A DNA stretch of 64,000 nucleotides, taken from Bacteroidales bacterium (GTDB taxonomy: Bacteria; Bacteroidota; Bacteroidia; Bacteroidales; ML635J-15). Location: positions 4,482 to 68,481 of the forward strand of contig JBGUHW010000021.1 in assembly GCA_045112395.1 (NCBI GenBank). Direction: 5' to 3'. Positions 20,590 through 29,609 of the stretch are shown one piece after another. Under the pieces are notes generated by a model. That model was not told the DNA's origin, made no database searches, and saw nothing but the letters and a program-made list of their open reading frames with translations. Numbering within the stretch: position 1 is the first letter of the stretch; each line of letters begins with the position of its first letter. Made by a program: the position numbers and the translations under genes.

Positions 20590-20750
20590 GTCATTCCGCA
20601 AGTTAGAACAATAACGCGATACGGAACGGGGAGCGTAATATTGTTCAACTGTGCGGAATCTCCAACAGATATCGTTTCAACAGGAGATTTCGTACAGACA
20701 GGCTCACAAGCAAAGTTCATTTTGCTGTTCGCTTTGTCTTACGGAATGAC
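20590..20750 (+). repeat. Structured ~160-bp repeat element, copy A (MITE-like or small RNA-like), bounded by 13-bp inverted termini gtcattccgcaag/cttacggaatgac
   Basis: Aligns over its full length, apart from the central loop, to the reverse complement of 51378-51534. Contains three internal hairpins. Confidence 0.8.
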
Positions 20751-20799
20751 GAAGAGGCTTAATACAAAAGTTATGTGTCAACATGTATAGAAGCCTTTT

Positions 20800-21324
20800 T
20801 TATTTCAATTGGTATCTTGTAATAGCAGAAGCAATCTGCTCTACAATTTCGTTCTTGTCGGCATTTGTGCAGTCGATTGTGATTTTTGCCATGGAATAGA
20901 ACGACTCGCGATTGCCGAGAGTTTTCTCAACATATTCTGCAAGTTCTTCTTGCGTTTTTTCTGCCGTTAGTGGGCGGGTTTTAACCGAATTGTAGATTCT
21001 TGTCGCAAGGACATCGGGCGGAAGTTTCAAGTACACTGTGACTCCAATAGAATTCATCAGTTCCATATTGTTGTTGAAGCATGGTGTTCCACCTCCGCAC
21101 GACATTACAAAATTATCATTGCCGGAAAACGATTGCAGAACTGTCGTTTCCAACTTTCTGAAGCATGCTTCGTCGTATTTTGCAAAGATTGATGAAACCG
21201 ATGTGCGGTATTTTGATTCTATCTCGGAATCGAGGTCGTAGAAATCAAGGTTGAGAGATTTGGATAGCAGCCGACCTATTACGGACTTGCCAGCCCCCAT
21301 GAATCCGACAAGAAATATTCTCAT
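20800..21324 (-). CDS. aroK: Shikimate kinase
   Basis: 174 aa with Walker A GFMGAGKS and a shikimate-kinase-like core (GGG...). Confidence 0.9.
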   Translation of the reverse strand: MRIFLVGFMGAGKSVIGRLLSKSLNLDFYDLDSEIESKYRTSVSSIFAKYDEACFRKLETTVLQSFSGNDNFVMSCGGGTPCFNNNMELMNSIGVTVYLKLPPDVLATRIYNSVKTRPLTAEKTQEELAEYVEKTLGNRESFYSMAKITIDCTNADKNEIVEQIASAITRYQLK

Positions 21325-21327
21325 TGG

Positions 21328-22083
21328 TTAGAAAAGCGGAATCTGCAGTTGGGCTTCGGCTTTCAATTGAGCTTCTTCTTCCTGCTTGCGTTGACGAGGT
21401 TTGCGAACGACTTGCTGAATGTTGAAGCCTAGTTCGTTCATGAGTTTCAACCTTTCCTCGAATTCAAGGTCGGCATAACGCTCAGATGCAGCTTCAAAAA
21501 TTTCAACTATCAGTTTGTCGGTTGTATCGCGGATGTAGTCAATGTTTTCGACCTCTGCCTTATTTAGATTCTGGCGATACATACGTTCCTTGTGAATATC
21601 GTCGAATTTTTCAATCCAAATCTTTACGGATGAGATATTTGGATTTGTCAGCAGTCGTCCACCATTGGCAACGCGATTCGAGTCGCATTCGAAAAGATGT
21701 GCGGCTGTTTCAAGAAGTTCCTCTCCGTTGCGTGGATTTGGAATAACAAACGGATACTGGAGACCATACCATGATGTGATGTCAACTGGAAGTTCGCCAC
21801 GCTCAATAGCCATGTGCATCGACATATAATAGTGTACAACAAAAGTTTTGGCCTTTCCGAAAAGGTTGTTGTAGTTGTTGTTAAAAGCCTCTTCCTGTTG
21901 TCTTAGGCATTCCTTGTAAGTTCTGAATTTTTCAAATACAGAAAGATTCTCTTCAGTTATATTAAACTGATATTCAGCGAATAAGCAATCTTCGCCTAGC
22001 GGATTCTCGCGCAAATACCTATCGAAGGATCTCAAAAGTTCGAGCCTTTCCACATCGGTATGTCTATAAATCAGTTTCTCCAT
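21328..22083 (-). CDS. Hypothetical protein with a Lys/Glu/Gln-rich C-terminal tail
   Basis: 251-aa ORF ending 3 nt before the aroK start. No family recognised. Confidence 0.6.
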   Translation of the reverse strand: MEKLIYRHTDVERLELLRSFDRYLRENPLGEDCLFAEYQFNITEENLSVFEKFRTYKECLRQQEEAFNNNYNNLFGKAKTFVVHYYMSMHMAIERGELPVDITSWYGLQYPFVIPNPRNGEELLETAAHLFECDSNRVANGGRLLTNPNISSVKIWIEKFDDIHKERMYRQNLNKAEVENIDYIRDTTDKLIVEIFEAASERYADLEFEERLKLMNELGFNIQQVVRKPRQRKQEEEAQLKAEAQLQIPLF

Positions 22084-22370
22084 CCGTAGTTTATCTATAA
22101 AATCGCGTACAAAAATATAATGCCAGAAATAATAAAATTCACACGAAACATAAAGTAATCAACACATTAGTGTTTATTACCATTTATAACCCTCGGATTT
22201 TCAGGCAAAAGCGGTTTTAAGCATAAGATACAGCAAAAATATCATAAAGATAAATTATTGATATTGAATGTATTAGTAATCAATCGTTGCCATATAACGA
22301 TAGTAGCATCTATATTGTAAAGACGCAAAATTTTGCGTCTCAAAAAATGAATATTGTGCAATGTCCCACC

Positions 22371-22426
22371 CATTGAATCTTTAAATTTTTGAATTATTGA
22401 ATTTTCAAATCATCGAATTATCAAAT
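22371..22426. repeat. Degenerate tandem array, 7 units in strict 8-bp register (nnTYRAAT)
   Basis: cattgaat ctttaaat ttttgaat tattgaat tttcaaat catcgaat tatcaaat. Confidence 0.6.
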
Positions 22427-22431
22427 TTTAT

Positions 22432-22439
22432 TACTTTTG
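22432..22439 (+). promoter_or_regulatory. -7 box (TActTTTG) upstream of pyrH
   Basis: TAnnTTTG 21 nt before ATG 22460. Confidence 0.4.
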
Positions 22440-22459
22440 TGACCTAAAAAATTATTGCG

Positions 22460-23167
22460 ATGAGATTCAAACGTATATTGTTAAAGCTCAGTGGCGAGTC
22501 GCTTGCCGGAGCATCGAAGCAGGGTATCAGCGAAACCCACCTTATGGAATATGCAAACCAGATTAAAGCAATACACGAAAAAGGTGTTCAGATTGGAATA
22601 GTAATCGGTGGAGGCAACATCTTCCGTGGAATTTCTGGCGAAAGCAAAGGGTTCGACCGTGTAAAGGGCGACCAGATGGGAATGCTTGCAACAATAATCA
22701 ACTCGTTGGCATTGCAGAACGGATTGGAATCGGTTGGAGTTAAGACAAGATTGTTCACTTCAATCGGCATTGAATCTATTGGCGAACGCATTTCGAAGCC
22801 TAAAGTAGTGGAAGCATTGGAAAACTCGTATGTTTGCATACTTGCAGGCGGTACAGGAAATCCATATTTCTCAACCGATAGTGCATCGGCATTGCGTGCA
22901 ATCGAAATTGAAGCCGATGTATTCCTTAAGGGTACGCGCGTGAACGGTGTATATACCGCCGATCCCGAGAAAGACCCGACTGCTACAAAGTTCGACACCA
23001 TAACCTTCGATGAGGTATACAAGCGCGGACTTAAGATTATGGATCTCACAGCTTTTACATTGTGCAAAGAAAACAATATGCCGGTAATTGTGTTCGATAT
23101 GGACACCTACGGAAACCTCGAAAAAGTAATAAATAACGAAAATATAGGAACATACATTACAAAGTAA
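22460..23167 (+). CDS. pyrH: UMP kinase
   Basis: 235 aa. KLSGE, VIGGGNIFRG and AGGTGNPYFSTDSA motifs. Confidence 0.95.
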   Translation: MRFKRILLKLSGESLAGASKQGISETHLMEYANQIKAIHEKGVQIGIVIGGGNIFRGISGESKGFDRVKGDQMGMLATIINSLALQNGLESVGVKTRLFTSIGIESIGERISKPKVVEALENSYVCILAGGTGNPYFSTDSASALRAIEIEADVFLKGTRVNGVYTADPEKDPTATKFDTITFDEVYKRGLKIMDLTAFTLCKENNMPVIVFDMDTYGNLEKVINNENIGTYITK

Positions 23168-23169
23168 TT

Positions 23170-23730
23170 ATGGAAGAATTGGAATTGTATATAGAGGATG
23201 CAAAGGACGGAATGAAGTCCGCACTCGAACATCTTGAGAAAGAACTTGCCAAGATTCGTGCAGGCAAGGCAAATCCAGCAATGCTTGAATCGGTAAAGGT
23301 TGAATGCTACGGCACTATGTCGCCAATCTCGCAGGTTGCCAACCTTTCGGCTCCAGATCCTAAGACCATTTTTATACAGCCGTGGGACAAGTCGACAATC
23401 CCAGCAATCGAAAAGGCCATTATGGCAGCAAATCTTGGATTCAACCCCGCAAACAATGGCGAAGTTATCCGTATCATTGTTCCGCCTCTGACAGAGGAAC
23501 GCCGTAAACAGCTCGTAAAGCAGGTGAAGGGACTTGGCGAAGATGCAAAGGTTGTAATCAGGAATGCACGCCGTAACGCAATCGAGGAATTCAAGAAACT
23601 GAAGAAGGACGGTGTATCTGAAGACGAAGCAAAAGATGCAGAACAAACCGTTCACAAGACTCACGAAGATTTCATCAAGAAAGTAGATTCTGTAATAGAT
23701 GCCAAGGAAAAAGAACTGATGACCGTATAA
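23170..23730 (+). CDS. frr: Ribosome recycling factor
   Basis: 186 aa with the typical RRF sequence (IRAGKANPAMLE...PPLTEERRKQLVK). Starts 2 nt after pyrH. Confidence 0.95.
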   Translation: MEELELYIEDAKDGMKSALEHLEKELAKIRAGKANPAMLESVKVECYGTMSPISQVANLSAPDPKTIFIQPWDKSTIPAIEKAIMAANLGFNPANNGEVIRIIVPPLTEERRKQLVKQVKGLGEDAKVVIRNARRNAIEEFKKLKKDGVSEDEAKDAEQTVHKTHEDFIKKVDSVIDAKEKELMTV

Positions 23731-23773
23731 TCATCAGTAATACTTTTGGTATATTACAATAGATAATACAATT

Positions 23774-23818
23774 GGCGGAAAACTCTCCGATATAATTAGT
23801 CGGAGACTTCCGCCTTTT
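23774..23818 (+). terminator. Intrinsic terminator after frr
   Basis: Two-segment 14-bp hairpin (ggcggaa...tctccga / tcggaga...ttccgcc) plus T4. Confidence 0.8.
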
Positions 23819-23960
23819 ATATTAACATCCTGTAGTTCTGTAATTTATGCTTTATTGTTTGCGTTTTTCCTATCAACCTTCATCGTGTGATAAATAATGA
23901 ATAATATTCTTCTTTAGTCCGATTATTTGAAGTAAATTTACGACCTAAAAAAATGTACAC

Positions 23961-26195
23961 ATGAATAGAAAGGTTATACTTTTTTGTTTGACGATTATGC
24001 TTTCTGTAACGGTCTTCTCTCAGCAGACCAAGTCGTTGGAACTCATCTGGAAGGGCAAGTACGACAACGCACTTAAGGCTATAGAAAAAGGACTCAGCAA
24101 GAACCAGGACGATGTGGAATTCAACTTCTACAAGGCATACCTGCTTTTTCAGAGGGAATACGAAGGCTACGATCCAGTGGAGGCATACAAGTGCATTCAG
24201 ACATGCGAAGCATATTATCCACAGCTTGACGAAAAGACTAAGGAAAAGCTGAAAGCAGTGCCAATCAGCATGGAAATTTTTATTAACTATTACGATACGA
24301 TATGTCGCTATGCTCTTAAAGATGCAGAAAAGGCTAATACATACGAGGCATATCAAAATTTCCTTTTCTTCTACCGAAAAGCATCTGAGGAATACAAGTC
24401 CGAAGCAAAAATGTACCGCAATATTGAGGCTTACAAACTGACAATTGCTAAAAATACCGAGGAGGACTATGCCGCCTTCATTCGTACATATCCAGATGCA
24501 CAGCAAGTGCCCGATGCTACCAGAAGACGTGATGAAAAAGGTTTTGAAAAGGCACAGAGCGCCAATACAGCCGAAGCATACGAGGAATTCCTAAAGAAAT
24601 ATCCGGAATCGGCGTTAGCTGCCGATGCGCAGGAAAAGGTATATGTCATTGCTCTTAACGATGCAGAAAAGGAAAACACGTCAGCCGCTTTGAAAGAGTA
24701 CATGAAAAAATATCCGAAAAGTTCGCAGTATTACAAGGCTGAAATGATGTACGAGGAAAAACTTTTCAATGAGGAAACCGCAGATGGCAATTGTAGTTCC
24801 TACATTCGTTTTGTAAAGAGACATCCAGAAAGCAAGTGGAAAAATATGGCAATATCGTCGGCTTTGCAGTGTGCAGGCGACAATCCGGAAATCATAAAGT
24901 ACTGCTACAAGAATTTGGATGGCGAAAAGAAGAATCAGGCTATAAAGTTGTATTACAACCTTGTTGCTTCGGATGGCGAATTGCTTTCGCTGAAAAATTT
25001 CTACAGCGAACTTACCGAAAGCCAGCGTTGCCTTGTCCGCGACAAATATGTTGTAGATTCTGCAATAGCTGTCAAAGGCGACAAGCTGAAGATACATAAT
25101 GGCTACAATCCCAAGAAGTCGGCGGCAGCATACGACGAATACATTAAGGAAGCAGCTCCCAAGGAAAAGGCTTTCGTTGCATTGCAGAAGATGATTGAAG
25201 CCGACATTGTTGCAGGAAACTGGTCGAATGCAACTGTAACAGTCCTCAAATACAAGGATTATTGGAAGGATAAACCACAGAAGATAAATGCATTGCTCAA
25301 CATTCTTGAGCAGAAAAATCCTGCAATTGTTGCCGAGGCTTTGCCCGAAACTGTGAATACCAATGGAAACGAGTACAATCCGATATTGTCTGCCGATGGC
25401 AACACGTTGTATTTCTGCGGCGAAGGTCGTGGCAATAGCAAGGGTGGCGAAGATATTTTCGTTTCGGAAAGGTCGGCAGATGGTTGGACCGAAGCTCAGC
25501 TGATAAGCGAAGTTTCGACAAAGAACAACGACTATCCGCAGTCGGTAAATGCTGCTGGAAATGTAATGTACATTTTCAGGAACGGAAGGCTTTACTTCTC
25601 CAAGAAGGCTGGTGCTACCTGGGGCAAGCCTCAGAAGATGTCGAACAATGTAAATTCCAGCAACTGGCAGGGTGATGCTTTCCTCAGTCGCGATGGAAAG
25701 GCTTTGTTCTTTGCAGCAAAGCGTAGCGATATGCTCAATTTCTTCAACGATGCCGATTTTGATGGACTTGAATATCACGGAAAGGTTGACGAACATCAGA
25801 CCGACATTTATGTTTGCACAGTGGATGAAAACGGCGAATGGGGCAAACCTATAAATCTAGGAGCTTCAATAAATACATTATACACCGAGCGCACGCCTTT
25901 CCTGCATTCCGACAACAAGCATTTGTACTTTGCATCGGATGGTCATGGCGGTCTTGGTGGACTCGACATGTATGTGTCAACCCGTACGGGCTCCGATTGC
26001 TGGGATTGCTGGAGCGAACCAATAAACCTTGGTAAGGAAATCAATACCGCATCAGATGATTATGGTTACAAGATTTCAACTGATGGCACTAAGGCTTATT
26101 TCTCAAAGTCGAATGCACCGAAAGGCAAGAAGGGCAACCTCGACATATATGTCATCACCCTTCCCGAAAACTTGCAGCCCAAGAATATAAAGTAA
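23961..26195 (+). CDS. Secreted TPR-like plus PD40 (TolB-like beta-propeller repeat) protein
   Basis: Signal peptide. The N-terminal half has repeated ...YxxFLxKYPxS... modules. The C-terminal half has NEYNPILSADGNTLYF, RTPFLHSDNKHLYFASDGHGGLGGLDMYV and similar. Confidence 0.75.
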   Translation: MNRKVILFCLTIMLSVTVFSQQTKSLELIWKGKYDNALKAIEKGLSKNQDDVEFNFYKAYLLFQREYEGYDPVEAYKCIQTCEAYYPQLDEKTKEKLKAVPISMEIFINYYDTICRYALKDAEKANTYEAYQNFLFFYRKASEEYKSEAKMYRNIEAYKLTIAKNTEEDYAAFIRTYPDAQQVPDATRRRDEKGFEKAQSANTAEAYEEFLKKYPESALAADAQEKVYVIALNDAEKENTSAALKEYMKKYPKSSQYYKAEMMYEEKLFNEETADGNCSSYIRFVKRHPESKWKNMAISSALQCAGDNPEIIKYCYKNLDGEKKNQAIKLYYNLVASDGELLSLKNFYSELTESQRCLVRDKYVVDSAIAVKGDKLKIHNGYNPKKSAAAYDEYIKEAAPKEKAFVALQKMIEADIVAGNWSNATVTVLKYKDYWKDKPQKINALLNILEQKNPAIVAEALPETVNTNGNEYNPILSADGNTLYFCGEGRGNSKGGEDIFVSERSADGWTEAQLISEVSTKNNDYPQSVNAAGNVMYIFRNGRLYFSKKAGATWGKPQKMSNNVNSSNWQGDAFLSRDGKALFFAAKRSDMLNFFNDADFDGLEYHGKVDEHQTDIYVCTVDENGEWGKPINLGASINTLYTERTPFLHSDNKHLYFASDGHGGLGGLDMYVSTRTGSDCWDCWSEPINLGKEINTASDDYGYKISTDGTKAYFSKSNAPKGKKGNLDIYVITLPENLQPKNIK

Positions 26196-26231
26196 CATCG
26201 GCATAAGGTAGGCAGAAAAAGAAATTTCCAC

Positions 26232-27698
26232 ATGAATCCTTATATAATTGCCTCGATAGTAGTCGGTTATTTTGCGCTTCTTATTCTTATTTCGCACCTT
26301 ACATCGAAGAAGGCAACCAACGATACTTTTTTTACCGGAAACCGTAGGTCGCCGTGGTTTGTGGTGGCATACGGAATGATTGGCGCATCGTTGTCGGGTG
26401 TGACATTCATGTCGGTTCCCGGATATGTACAGAGCAGTCAGTTTACTTATTTCGGTGTAGTCTTCGGATATACAATAGGTTATATCGCGATAGCTTTCGT
26501 GTTGCTGCCCCTATACTATAAGTTGAATCTTACCTCCATATACACCTATCTTGACAAGCGCTTTGGTAGCAATTCGCAGAGGACAGGCTCATTTTTCTTT
26601 ATTGTGTCGCGAATTATGGGTTCTGCTTTGCGCATGTACTTGGTTGTGTTCGTATTGCACGAATTTGTATTCAAGGCAATTGGAGTTCCCTTCTGGGCAT
26701 TGGCGCTGTTCTTCATTGTGCTGATACTGATTTATACTTTCAAGGGAGGCATTAAGACTATAATTTGGACCGATACGCTTCAGACAACCTTCATGTTGCT
26801 CTCCACGGTTATAACCATTGTGTTCCTAATCAAGGACATGGACATTTCTTTTTTCGACATGATGTCGCAGGCTGCCGATGAGGGCTATACCCGAATGTTT
26901 GACACCGACTGGCGCTCGAACAACTTTTTCCTGAAGCAGATACTTAGCGGTGCGTTCATTACCATTGCGATGACTGGTCTCGACCAGGATATGATGCAGA
27001 AGAACTTAACCTGCAAATCGCTGAAGGAAGCCCAGAAGAATATGCTTTCGTTTAGCGTATGTATCGTGATTGTCAACTTCCTGTTCCTGATTCTCGGCGT
27101 AGCATTGATGACCTATTCATCGCAGACCGGCTTTGCATTGCCCGAAAAGTCAGACAGTATTTTTGCCGCTGTTGCCCAGAATCTTGGCTCGGTGACATGG
27201 ATTATATTTATTATAGGTCTTGTGGCTGCCGGCTACTCGAGTGCCGATGGCACACTTACTTCGCTCACGACAACATTCTGCTTCGACATTCTGCAGTTCG
27301 ACAAAAAGCCCAACTACGATGAGCAGAAAAAGACAAAAATCCGCAAGACAACGCACATTGTATTTGCGGCTATATATTTCCTAATCATAATAGTTTTCAA
27401 GCCGTTCCATACCGATTCGCTAATAAAGACACTCTTCGATATTGCAGGCTATACTTACGGACCATTGTTAGGTCTGTTCTGTTTCGGACTTTTTGTAAAG
27501 AAGCGCAATCCCAGCGACAAGGCAGTTCCTTTTATCGCAATCCTCTCGCCCATAATAAGTTACTTGCTGAACATATATTCAGAGCAACTATTTTTCGGCT
27601 ATAAGTTTGGCTTCGAGATACTTATTGTGAACGGTCTGTTGACTTTTGTAGGGTTGTTGATATTCAGCAAAAAAGCGGAGGTAGCAAAGACCTGTTAG
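26232..27698 (+). CDS. Sodium:solute symporter family transporter
   Basis: 488 aa, about 13 TM helices, SSF-like motifs. Confidence 0.85.
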   Translation: MNPYIIASIVVGYFALLILISHLTSKKATNDTFFTGNRRSPWFVVAYGMIGASLSGVTFMSVPGYVQSSQFTYFGVVFGYTIGYIAIAFVLLPLYYKLNLTSIYTYLDKRFGSNSQRTGSFFFIVSRIMGSALRMYLVVFVLHEFVFKAIGVPFWALALFFIVLILIYTFKGGIKTIIWTDTLQTTFMLLSTVITIVFLIKDMDISFFDMMSQAADEGYTRMFDTDWRSNNFFLKQILSGAFITIAMTGLDQDMMQKNLTCKSLKEAQKNMLSFSVCIVIVNFLFLILGVALMTYSSQTGFALPEKSDSIFAAVAQNLGSVTWIIFIIGLVAAGYSSADGTLTSLTTTFCFDILQFDKKPNYDEQKKTKIRKTTHIVFAAIYFLIIIVFKPFHTDSLIKTLFDIAGYTYGPLLGLFCFGLFVKKRNPSDKAVPFIAILSPIISYLLNIYSEQLFFGYKFGFEILIVNGLLTFVGLLIFSKKAEVAKTC

Positions 27699-28780
27699 CA
27701 CTTGTAGTCCTTGTTGGCAAAACCATTGCTACATTCATTTTCTTGGCATTCGCTACCACGGTGTTGTTGTCTTTGTAGAGCATCAATATCGTACTCATCA
27801 TACTTGCGAGGTTGGCTTTCACCGATGTTCATGTAAACCTCAAGAAGTTCCGTATATTTAATAGGTATAAGCACAACCTCGTCAATGCAAGCAGGGATTA
27901 GGATTGATTCGCCTTCGTTGAGGATTTCCTCGCTGCCGCTAGTCTTTATGGTAACTTGTCCGTGTACACAGTGGTAGATTACAAATGAATCGAGGTTGCT
28001 GTAGTTCTTCAGTAGCGAGTTCATTACTGGCAGATAGTTGGCTGTAAAGTATTTGCAGTCTACAATTGGGTTGGAGTGGTCGGGAATACGCGAAAACTGC
28101 ATCGACTGCTTGTCGTTCTTCTTATAGTCGATTACATCAACAGCATATTGTGTGTGCAATTCACGGTTGCCGCGGTTGTAGTCGTATATGCGGTAGGTGA
28201 TGTCTGATGTTTCCTGAATTTCGACAACTGCAGTGCCTGCACACATTCCATGTACGCGACCCGCTGGGATAAAGTAAAATTCTCCCGACTTGACATTATG
28301 GTACTTCAACAGGTTTTCAAGATTACCATCCTTTATCGACTGTAGAAGTTCGCTTTCGGTTGTGTCGCGGTTGAACCCATCTATTATTTTTGCATCTTTG
28401 TCTGCATCAAGTATATACCATGCCTCGGTCTTGCCACGGGCATTGTGCAGTTCGGCTGCCGTTTCGTCATCCGGATGCACTTGCACCGATAGGTTGTCCT
28501 TGGCATCGATGATCTTCAGCAGGATAGGAAATTCGTAACCATATTCTTCCAGCACTTTTTCTCCGACAATCTCATCAAGGTAAACCTCAATGATTTCCTG
28601 CAGAGTGTTTCCTGCCAGAAAGCCATTAGATACTACCGAAACATCGCCCTGAACGCCTGAGATTTCCCAGCTTTCGCCACAGTCGGCTGGAACATTGCTG
28701 TCGTTCTTTATTTTTGCTATTTTGTCGCCTCCCCAGACCTTAGTCTTGTATATTGGCTTGAATTTCAATGGATAAAGCAT
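27695..28780 (-). CDS. manA: Mannose-6-phosphate isomerase, class I, with a ~40-aa Cys-containing C-terminal extension
   Basis: MLYPLKFKPIYKTKVWGG start at the internal ATG 28780. Cupin motifs (SVQVHPDD, EAWYI, IPAGRVHG). Stop codon overlaps the symporter stop. Confidence 0.85.
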   Translation of the reverse strand: MLYPLKFKPIYKTKVWGGDKIAKIKNDSNVPADCGESWEISGVQGDVSVVSNGFLAGNTLQEIIEVYLDEIVGEKVLEEYGYEFPILLKIIDAKDNLSVQVHPDDETAAELHNARGKTEAWYILDADKDAKIIDGFNRDTTESELLQSIKDGNLENLLKYHNVKSGEFYFIPAGRVHGMCAGTAVVEIQETSDITYRIYDYNRGNRELHTQYAVDVIDYKKNDKQSMQFSRIPDHSNPIVDCKYFTANYLPVMNSLLKNYSNLDSFVIYHCVHGQVTIKTSGSEEILNEGESILIPACIDEVVLIPIKYTELLEVYMNIGESQPRKYDEYDIDALQRQQHRGSECQENECSNGFANKDYKC

Positions 28781-28827
28781 ATCAATAATAATTTTGTGTT
28801 CAAGAAACAAAGGTAAGGAAAATTTAT

Positions 28828-28926
28828 GATTGACGAAGTACGATTGACGATTTTATTGACTAACAGGCAAACAGAAGACTAATCGGACAGCCAGATTGTA
28901 AGCCTGCAAGACTTTTAGCCAGAAAA
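28828..28926. repeat. Weakly periodic degenerate repeat tract (gattgac x3, then 8-bp units acaggcaa acagaaga ... cctgcaag acttttag)
   Basis: Words aagact/aagcctg are the reverse complement of the agtctt/caggctt words in the 35333-35532 array. Confidence 0.35.
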
Positions 28927-28954
28927 AATCAGTTTGCCGTTAAAAAAGATTTTG

Positions 28955-28962
28955 TAACTTTG
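28955..28962 (+). promoter_or_regulatory. -7 box (TAacTTTG) upstream of udk
   Basis: TAnnTTTG 22 nt before ATG 28984, with a TTTG about 18 nt upstream. Confidence 0.4.
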
Positions 28963-28983
28963 ATGCCATAAAATTTAATCGAT

Positions 28984-29598
28984 ATGTTAGTTGTAGGAAT
29001 TGCAGGCGGTTCCGGTGCGGGAAAAACCACCGTAGTAAACAAGATTACCGCTCAGTTGCCAAAGGATATGGTAACATTGGTGCCTCAGGATTCGTACTAT
29101 TGGGATAGCAGTCATCTCCCGATGGAGGAGAGGAAAAAGATAAATTTCGACCATCCAAATGCCATCGAATGGGAATTGCTTATTCGACATATTAAGGAAT
29201 TGAAGGAAGGCAAGTCGGTGGAACAGCCAATTTACGCATACATAACCAGTTCGCGTGCACAAGAAACGCTCACGGTAAAACCGAGCAATGTAATAATTGT
29301 CGAAGGCATAATGGTGCTTACTCAGCCAGAATTGCGTGACCTAATGGATGTTAAGGTTTATGTAGATGCCGATGCCGATGACCGTCTTGCCAGAATCTTG
29401 AGGCGCGATACCGTTGAGCGCGGTCGTTCGGTTAACGATGTGCTCGAACATTACTACGATACGGTAAAGCCAATGCATTTGCAGTTCATTGAACCTACAA
29501 AGCGCTATGCCGACATCATTGTGCCAAACATAGGTGACAACGATGCTGCTGTGAACCTTTTGGCAAAATTCATACATCAACATATCGATAACAATTAA
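28984..29598 (+). CDS. udk: Uridine kinase
   Basis: 204 aa. P-loop GGSGAGKTT and the FDHPNA motif. Confidence 0.95.
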   Translation: MLVVGIAGGSGAGKTTVVNKITAQLPKDMVTLVPQDSYYWDSSHLPMEERKKINFDHPNAIEWELLIRHIKELKEGKSVEQPIYAYITSSRAQETLTVKPSNVIIVEGIMVLTQPELRDLMDVKVYVDADADDRLARILRRDTVERGRSVNDVLEHYYDTVKPMHLQFIEPTKRYADIIVPNIGDNDAAVNLLAKFIHQHIDNN

Positions 29599-29609
29599 AA
29601 TTTACAATA

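Noticed and set aside
20753-20792. Hairpin aggctt...aagcct plus T6 between repeat copy A and aroK as a terminator call
   Set aside because: The stem is short with a ~28-nt imperfect interior. The T-run is on the plus strand, whereas the adjacent gene end (aroK) is on the minus strand. It is too ambiguous to list as a feature.
24681-25796. 371-aa minus-strand ORF (also 23880-24506 and 23107-23664, minus strand)
   Set aside because: These lie entirely antisense to the well-supported PD40 protein and frr genes. Their sequences are Cys/Phe/Leu-rich low-complexity with no signal or motif. They are typical shadow ORFs.
28781-28810. Upstream-extended starts proposed by the ORF track (manA 28810, OmpA-family 3306, lipoprotein 12221, deoC 50421, rlmN 58486, CW-repeat 57733, Nudix 61356, Wzz-2 14916)
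   Set aside because: In each case an internal ATG gives the canonical N-terminus or a proper signal peptide/lipobox. The extension also overlaps an upstream gene, a terminator or a repeat array.
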